From: Octopus vulgaris
Taxonomy: Eukaryota
Length of the DNA stretch: 64,000 nucleotides
Direction of reading: 5' to 3'
Assembly (NCBI GenBank): GCA_951406725.2
Contig: OX597837.1
Location: 16,802,001-16,866,000 of the forward strand
Shown: piece by piece, positions 51,895-64,000 of the stretch
How the letters are laid out: every line of letters starts with the position of its first letter
Numbering within the stretch: position 1 is the stretch's first letter
Translations under genes and position numbers: made by a program
Notes under the pieces: model-generated
What the model was told of the DNA's origin: nothing
Databases searched by the model: none
Seen by the model: the letters and a program-made list of their open reading frames with translations, nothing else

Positions 51895-53067
51895 CTAGCT
51901 GAAGGTGACCCGCTCTACGCGCGGGTAAGAGTGTGGTTGTTACTTTCTGTTGCTTCCTATCAGCACGTAAAAAGCACCATCCGAACGTGGTCGATTGCAG
52001 CGCCGCCTTGACTTGCTTCTGTGCCAGTGGCACGTAAAAAGCAACAACCGATCGTTGTCGCTGCGAGTCCCCCTGGAACCTGTGCCTGCGGCACGAAAAA
52101 AGCACCCACTACACTCACAGAGTGATTGGCGTTAGGAAGGTCATCCACCTGTAGAAACACTGCCAGATCAGACTGGAGCCTGGTGCAGCCTCCTGGCTTC
52201 TCAGACCCCGGTCACACTGTCCAACCCATGCTAGCACGGAAAACGGACGTTAAACGATGATAATGATGATGATTCTCCCTCTTTGTTTCTCTCTCCTTTC
52301 TCTCTCACTTTCCCACTATCTTACTTTTCTTTTTTCTCGGACTCTCCCTCGCTTTCTCTTACTCTCTATCTTTATCTATCTCTCTCCCATTTATAAACAA
52401 CAGAAGATCTTGAGTAAGTTGAGAAATAAAATATTTAGAAAGATCGATCATAAATATCAGGCAGTGACAATGGAAAGGTTTGCTTCAAGGCAGACAGCAA
52501 AACGCTAACATTTAAAAGAGACAGACGAACTTGCGAGCTGAATAAAAATAATAAAATATTGGAAAGCAAAGTTTGAAGGGATAGAATCTGAGGATAGTAG
52601 AGTCACCATGGCTGGCATTTCTTAACAACGGACAGCAACGTATTGACAGTTTAACGGCTGGCGTAAAATTTTGAACTTGATGTAAAATAAAATTCGTAAA
52701 CACCAAGTTTTGAAGTGATTCTTTCTCACGACAGTAGACTCACCATGGCAAGCATTCAAAACTTCTTTATCATGGACGGCAACACATTGACGATTAAAAG
52801 CCTGGCGCAAATTTTTTAGCTTGATGTAACAGAGAATTGCTAAACACCCGCTCCTTTAAATTTTAATCCCCTTCCAGCCCCATTTAGACCCCTTTTCACA
52901 TTTTGGTTAATATAACCCGATTTCATTCGGGTCTACTGGGGCCACATTTTATAAGATGAGGAAAAAAATAGTTGTCATGCAAACTTGCCAGCACTTTTAA
53001 CATAGGTGTGCATATTTTCAGCTGAATCGACCGACTACGTAATGCACACATTATATATATATATGTG

Positions 53068-53101
<34 letters not shown>

Positions 53102-53935
53102 CACGCATTATATATACAAATGTATACAAATGAGATATATATCTGTATAAATTAAATTAGAGATAAAACCACTAATAGGCAAATCAAACAGTGAAAAACC
53201 AAAAACAAAAACATTAAAAAATATATAATATAGAAAATATAGAAAATATAAAATTGAAAAATTTAAATTATTTAAATTGAAAATAAAAATTATTAACTTC
53301 TATTTATAATTTGTTTAAAAATATATATAACTATGAAAAAGTATGAAAAAGTTTAATATACATAAATACAGATATATACACTTTGTATATATACATATTT
53401 ATATATAGAACACACACACACACACACACATACATTATATATACATATTTATATATAGAACACACACACACACACATACATTATATATACATATTTATAT
53501 ATAGAACACACACACACACACACACATATAAATGAACGCAAGAATATCTGATTCATAATATTTGTTCTCATGCTTGTGTGTTGTTGGTGACAGACAGATA
53601 CTTAAAAGAACGCCGCCGAAGTGATGGGAAGGTAGGAAAAAGAGTCAGTGAAAAAGAGAGGAAATAGCGAGAGTGACAGATCCTTTAAATAACGGTAGTG
53701 GACCTGTGAAAGTTATAAATAAAGAGGAGTGAGAGGGTATTGGAGGAAATAGCGTGAGTGAGGAAGATGGCCCCTAGCAACCACACCTTTTAAGATAGGG
53801 ATTTCTAAGGTAGCCCACGAGCATCGTCACCTCATTCTACATGTCCCTGTAAATTTTGGTGCGAATCGGACGGGATGTAGTGGCATTGAAAGCGAGCCAA
53901 GCGGTAAAACCGCATTTCAGTTTTATATATAGAGA
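51895..53935 (-). mobile_element. Helitron family 2, array unit 2
   Basis: CTAG|TC junctions at 51895/51894 and 53936/53935. Confidence 0.85.
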
Positions 53936-57096
<3,161 letters not shown>

Positions 57097-57455
57097 CGGT
57101 TATAAAATGAGATTGGGGTTGAAAATTCAACCCACCATGGGATAACATATATCCAATATACTGCTAGAGAGGTACCCAACAATACTAAAACATAAATGTT
57201 AAAAATTGCCATGCAATTAATTCATCTACTGTATTATGTGGGCAAAGGTAAAAATATTACCGTAAATTAATACTACAAAATTAGAAAATGGAGAAACATA
57301 CTTAAATCAATCAAATATCAACCATTAGATGATACCCAATCAATACTTTATTACACCATTACATAACAGTAAAGGCATTATACAAAATATATAGTAAATA
57401 TAATTAGACAATGAAATAGACATATAAAATATAAAATATAATATATAATTATATC

Positions 57456-57570
57456 ATATCTGACAGCTGTTTCGGCCATAAGGGCAAGCATGCCTCATTT
57501 AACCTATAAGCCATATAAGGCAGGTATAAATGAGACATTTACAAGGATGCCGCACGGCCTCTTCAGAGAA
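57456..57570 (-). ncRNA. Type I hammerhead ribozyme with extended stem II
   Basis: tct-CTGAAGA-ggcc[~80-nt hairpin]ggcc-GAAAC-AGCT-GTC-aga; palindromic stem III; predicted cleavage between 57462 and 57461. Confidence 0.8.
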
Positions 57571-57610
57571 TTTAATTTATTATAAGTGTGAAAAAAATTT
57601 TTTTTATACT

Positions 57611-57998
57611 TTAATCGAGCAACTCGACCCCGGGACTTATTCTTTGTAAGCCCAGTACTTATTCTATCGGTCTCTTTTTTGCCGAACCGCTAAGTGACGG
57701 GGACGTAAACACAAGCATCGGTTGTCAAGCGATGCTAGGGGGACAAATACAGACACACAAACACACACATATATATATACACATATATACGACAGGCTTC
57801 TTTCAGTTTCCGTCTACCAAATCCACTCACAAGGCATTGGTCGGCCCGGGGCTATAGCAGAAGACACTTGCCCAAGATGCCACGCAGTGGGACTGAACCC
57901 GGAACCATGTGGTTGGTTAGCAAGCTATTGCTCGATTAAAGGCGGTGCTCCAGCATGGCCGCAGTCAAATGACTGAAAACAAGTAAAAAAAAAAGAGA
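57611..57998 (+). mobile_element. SINE with inverted 5' part
   Basis: Body 57611-57926 is antisense to the tail 57927-57998; ttaatcgagcaa/ttgctcgattaa is duplicated. Confidence 0.75.
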
Positions 57999-58300
57999 TA
58001 TAAATATAAAAATATAAAATATAAAAACGTGTGCATAGACACTCATAATACTACATATATATATATATATACTCATTAATACAATAATACAAAATAAACA
58101 AAACAAAATATATCAATATATATTAACAAACACAGTTATTCTACATATTGGGCTACTAGTTCTAAAAACTAACACACAGGAAAATATATGCACACTCACA
58201 TTTAAATTAAAATCAGACCTATACATGAAAAATAATAAAAAAACACACAGTTCAGTTCATAAAATTATAAACCTGTAAAAGTCAATAAAAATTACTATTA

Positions 58301-58353
<53 letters not shown>

Positions 58354-59426
58354 GATACAATTATGTCTGTACCAAGTACATCCATCGGACATCGACATAT
58401 CTATGAGTCTGATTATTCTGTCCGCTTGATATTGATTATTCTAGATTAATTCGATTGGCTTATAGTTTAAAATTTGAATCACAAAAGAAATTTTACGGTT
58501 AGTTAGTCAAGAAACGCACATACGCACACGCACATCCACAGATCAATCGCACATACATACATAATTATATGTATACACACACACACATACACTCATACAC
58601 ATACATATCCACAAACAACGTCAAACACATAAATAAATAAATAATAAAAGAGGTATAATCCTAGCTATGCAGCCATCCAGCCTCTCCAAACGACAACCAT
58701 GCCACTAAATTAACTAAAGAGATCCACTCACATATTTCCATAAAATATTTGTTATAAAGATACATATATTTATATATCAAGACATCGAATGTAATTTTCG
58801 CATGGTACACGCAGCATGTGACACCGTTTTTTCTGTAGTCAACATAACGTTTACTGATTTCACCGTAATTTGCTATAATCACATGTACGCTAAGTTATAA
58901 AGTATAGATTAATTTTTTATAGTATAAATATATATCTTTTCTACGTAATAAATCCAATGCCATTATAATATTAATATTTATCCATCAAAGAACCTAACCT
59001 ACGAACTAATAGAATTACACTCAAATATACATGCCCATAAAAATACTCATGTATAGCAGCAGATATACACAAACGCACCGTCTATTCTCATATGTGACTC
59101 GCGAGAAAACATTCATAGTACTTATATATAAATATACTTTTAAGCATCCGTGGACACATAGATAACAAATGTAATAATTAACAAGATTTGGCATTAAATA
59201 ATATCAATGGGGAACTTACCAATACAATTGTATATAAGTAAATAACAGAAATTAAATTAATTATAAGTTAATAAATTGTAATTACTTAAGTTTAAAATGT
59301 GATAAAATAAATAAGAAGAAATAATTAAAATTACATACATAGTATAAGTACGAACTAGTATACATGTATCCATATATTATTAAAATAAATAATTGATATG
59401 TATGTATATATCTACACTTAAATAAG

Positions 59427-59457
<31 letters not shown>

Positions 59458-60299
59458 GTAAATGACTAAATGAATAGATAGATACCATAGAAAACAAATT
59501 CAGATAAATACATAGGTACAGGTACACCTAATATATAGTAATGCTAATATGCATATATCCACATATGCATAAAAGAGTATATATGTAAATAAATAACATA
59601 AAATAAAGTGAAGATATATATTGAAGAAAGTACTTATATAAACTTAGTATACAGGCTAATATTATGTAAATTTATACCTGTAGATAATGAGTAAAAAAAA
59701 TGAATAGATGAATAACATAATGTACAAATTCAGAAGACTACAAGTATAGACTAAATATATATGACTGCTAATATTTATAAAGCCAAATGTGAGTAAATGA
59801 ATAGGTTTATTAATAAATAGCATAAGATACAAATTTAGGTGAGTACAAAGATACACCAAATATACAATATATACGCCTGCCAAATAAAAACCTACAAAAA
59901 CCCATATTCTCAACCTAAACAAACAAACTCCCAAATAGACTCTCATATATTACATAATAGTATTACAGTATCTAAAACCAGGTATCTAACTATGATATTC
60001 ATACACACTCTGTAATTTTAGAAAACTTCAAGAATCACATATTACAAAGCAAATACCAAAATGAATATATTATTTCTTGCCGTAGTGTATTTCCCTTATA
60101 AAACAAGACAAAAAAACCCACATACAAAAAACAATTAATACTGGACATATATATTTTTATACATGTGTAGCTACAAAATTATATAAAATTATAAATTTAT
60201 AAGTTGCAAGTTTTAAAATTGTAGAAGACCACTAGTATAATTAGATACAGAAGGGAGTTAAAATATTACTAGTAGAAATGCTAAGTTCTATTTAAATCT

Positions 60300-61511
60300 A
60301 GAAAAAGTGTACGGTAGTTTGTGAATGCAAAAAAAAATTTTTTCATTTATGTTATTAATAATATGCCTACCCGCTTTGATAATGAAAAAAATTTCATTAA
60401 TACATAGAGAGCGTTTTTTTTTTTTCCATTATACACAGGTGCCGAAGTTAGTATTTTCCAATTTAATCTAAAATCTAAGTTCTTACTTTTGAGTTCCCAA
60501 ATGTATGCACTTAACCCTGTAGAGTACATCCTATTTTTATTTCTAAAAGTATAACTATGATAATTAAGTCTCTGTTTCATGCTATTCATAGTTGCTCCGA
60601 TATACACCCTACTACTAAATTGTGTATCCACAGTGCATTGGTAAACTACCTCCTTCCTGAGGCATTGATTACCAAACACACATTTATTTCTGTTTCTGAA
60701 ATTACAGTTATTAACAGGTTGGGGTAATCCAACATTGGTCCCCAATCCTGTAACACCATTCACATTAGTAGTGTTACAATTATTATTACCATCCAAACCC
60801 AAATTCAACGAATGAATTAATTTATCATTATTGGCGATATTCCTATCAATAGTACTAGTATTGGTAGTAGTAGTAGTATCATCTATTACATTGATATTTT
60901 CCCTTGCAGGTACGGTACCCTCATAATTTATATGTTCCCGTTAGCTCCAAAAGATTTATTGTTCCTACTATTAAAGAGAGGCAAATTCCTATTATCTAAA
61001 TTCAACTTTCTATCTTTATAGAAGTAATCCAGTTTCCTGTTATTAAAAGAGGAGATGATGGTGGCTAGATTATGTGTAATGCTATATCCTATTCTAACAG
61101 TACCATTGTTAATTAAATGACTAAATTTATTCCTAGCCTTACCAAAGTGCCTAAATATTACATTGTGCAAAGCTCTAACTATGTCTGTTTTTATCTGCAT
61201 TGCATATGGGATAATAAGCCAAAGTGTATCCTTATCAGTATTAGGGTTGCCTATCAAATTATTGTTTTTAGTAAAAACCTTATTCCTTGACCAACCCATA
61301 TGTCTACTATCCTTACCAATGTCATTGTTATGTCTATCTATATCAATATTCCCATAATTATTACGCAAGTAAACTTTACTATTATCATATCTACCATAAG
61401 TTTTGATATGTATATTATTAATATTACTACCATTACCTGTTTGCGCAGATCTATTTAAACTACCGTCCACCGTTCCGAGGTTAACAACACCTCTATAATT
61501 ATTATAGGCGT
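60300..61511 (-). pseudogene. PLE C-terminal linker and GIY-YIG endonuclease (frameshifted)
   Basis: WLIIPY..IKTDIV..HF..LINNGTVRIGYS..NLATIISSFN; CNFRNRNKCVFGNQCL..VVYQCTV..VYIGAT..STGLSAYIWELK..NWKIL. Confidence 0.85.
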
Positions 61512-61772
61512 TCATTTATACCTGCCTTATATGGCTTATAGGTTAAATGAGGCATGCTTGCCCTTACGGCCGAAACAGCTGTCAGATATGATATAATTAT
61601 ATATTATATTTTATATTTTATATGTCTATTTCATTGTCTAATTATATTTACTATATATTTTGTATAATGCCTTTACTGTTATGTAATGGTGTAATAAAGT
61701 ATTGATTGGGTATCATCTGATGGTTGATATTTGATTGATTTAAGTATGTTTCTCCATTTTCTAATTTTGTGT

Positions 61773-61805
<33 letters not shown>

Positions 61806-61895
61806 ATTATTATTATTATTAATAGTTAGGGAATATAAAAATTCCTACCCAGCAACGAAAAAATTCAATTTAGCACATTAAATCAAAATTCCACA

Positions 61896-61945
<50 letters not shown>

Positions 61946-61950
<5 letters not shown>

Positions 61951-63004
61951 AGAGATAAACTGCTATTTAGTTATTCAATCAATACTGAAACATATCTATA
62001 ATACCCACATAGAAATTAATTAAATATATTATGATTATTAATCTAAAAATCCCAAAACAAATCAAACATTAAATCGACTACGCGCCTTTCATGACTATAT
62101 GTATAAATCGATAATATTAATTCAATTTTAAAATGTATAGCCACTCTTCAGGTAAAAAATAATTTTAAATAAATGGAGATATTATAAGTAAACCATAAAT
62201 ATATAAATATATGTATCTAAACAGTAAATAATCCAATAAAATTGAACAATATTAATGAAAAGCAAAAACATTACTTATCTTAGTGATGAAAACCAGTTAA
62301 ATGAAATTTTAAACTTTACACTAACAATCTAGCGTTGTAAAAATTGAGTATAAAATAGTTGTAGGTTATGTAGTGTACGAACATAACTAGAATAAGATTA
62401 AAGCAATGGATTAATAAAATAATTTTAAGAATATATTTTAATTTATGAACATTTAGTTCATTTTATGTATTTTTATGTTTTTTTTACATATAATGTCGTA
62501 GTTTTAAATTATTGAGAATTTAGAATTATTTCACCGTAAATGGTATATTACGTCACGTTTATTTTTATTTTTATTGTTAAATATGAGATAATTTTTTTTT
62601 ACAACGCTAGACTGTTAGTTTAATGTTTAAAATTTCATTTAACAGGTTTTCATCACTAAAATAAGTTATGGTTTTGCTGTACATTAATATTGTTAAGTTT
62701 TATTGGATTATTTACTGTGAAGATACATATATCTATATATTTATGGTTTAATTATAATATCTTCATTTATTTTATATTATTTTTTACCTGAAGAGTGGCT
62801 ATAAATTTTTTAATGGAATTAATATTAACTTTTAATATTTTCGATTAATATATTTAGTCATGAAAAGTGCGTAGTCGATTTAATGTTTGTTTCTTTTGTG
62901 ATTTTTGGATTAATAATTAAAATATATTTAATTAATTTCTATGGGGGTATTATAGATAATATGTTTCAGTATTGATTGAATAACTAAATAGCGGTTTGTC
63001 TCCA

Positions 63005-63008
<4 letters not shown>
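61946..63008. repeat. ~1.06-kb fold-back element with diverged ~400-bp arms
   Basis: 61946-62345 pairs with 62595-63008; each arm has CTGAAGA-stem-GAAA; flanked by (TA)n and (TC)n(TA)n. Confidence 0.85.
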
Positions 63009-63097
<89 letters not shown>

Positions 63098-63224
63098 TAT
63101 ATAATATTATATTATATTATATTATATTATATTATATCATATCATATCATATTATATTATATTATATTATATTATATTATATATACATGTATAGTTCACA
63201 TATGAGAATCGGATGTTCTCAGTA

Positions 63225-64000
63225 TAGGGGACGATTGGGAGAGTTGAGCCACAACAATTTTCCCTAAATCTATAAATTATAAAAAGTAATTACTTCCACC
63301 TATTTGAAACACTTCTAGAAATATTTCTGCTAATCTAACACATTTAACAGGTGTAGGCAGTTTATTACAGTTATATTTTGAAAAGATCAATTTTTACACC
63401 AAAAAGTAGAAGTTGGGTTTGCAGGTAAGTATGTTCATATTTCTGTAGTAGTATGTAGTTTATCATATACCTATATCGTTTTTCTATCATTGTGATCGTT
63501 AAAAAACGTATAACTAATGTTACAGTTACAATGATGAATGCAGTTAAGGCGGAAGGAAATGGGAAGAGTTGGGACAATTAAGCAGTGTCTCAACTCTCCT
63601 TTTATTAATGCGTGGTGCAAAAACAATTTTAACCTGTTAATTTCATTACTTTCTGTGATAAAAGCAAAAACTCTGGTAGTGTTTGCTTTCGTGTTTAATT
63701 GCCTTAAAGCTAAACTGTAAAGGATTAAATTTTGATTTGCCTGCCTTTATACTGGCCAAAATTTGCCCATGTATTGACTTTTTCAGATGCCTCAGAAATA
63801 TGTTCAAACGACCAATCGTGGGGCTGCAGAGGACGATTTAAGTAGGGCCAGAGATCGTGTTAGGGAAGGATGCAGTATCATTGCTACTACTAAGGATTTC
63901 AATACAGCAAGAATGACACTAAAAAGATATATAGACAAATGCAATCAACAAAATGACGAGTAAAGCGAAGTGTTTGGGTTCAAAAATTGCAGGATAAAAA
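63225..64000 (+). mobile_element. 5' end of a pogo/Tigger-like DNA transposon
   Basis: ATG at 63787 gives MPQKYVQTTNR..EDDLSRARDRVREGCSIIATTKDFNTARMTLKRY (psq-type HTH), stop at 63961; TIR-like aggggacgattgggagagttgagcca after TA. Confidence 0.6.

Noticed and set aside
61512-61515. ATG start of ORF 60928-61515
   Set aside because: Created by the junction with the inverted pLTR copy; not the native start.

Overview
AT-rich, microsatellite-dense eukaryotic window made almost entirely of transposable elements and their debris; the SINE families and (TA)/(CA)/(TAA) load suggest a coleoid cephalopod such as Octopus (inference). No host gene is supported, and most short ORFs are microsatellite translations. 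Contents: three head-to-tail arrays of non-autonomous, cargo-carrying Helitrons (3.7-10.7 kb, 32.4-37.7 kb, 48.9-57.0 kb); a young full-length Gypsy LTR element (40079-44299); a full-length DD34D mariner; an internally deleted piggyBac with its empty site; a hAT MITE; a pogo-like 5' end; R4/Dong-like, CR1-like, RTE-like and L1/Tx1-like LINE remnants; Penelope-like (PLE) fragments; many tRNA-derived SINEs. Most notable: (1) the Gypsy primer-binding site is complementary to nt 1-12 of tRNA-Phe rather than a tRNA 3' CCA end; (2) several PLE-type minimal hammerhead ribozyme motifs, including compensatory G3-C8 and U3-A8 core variants, mostly in head-to-head inverted structures whose 3' ends run out into (TA)n; (3) composite Helitrons carry mariner, piggyBac, SINE and ribozyme cargo in permuted order. 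All alignments and folds were done by eye.
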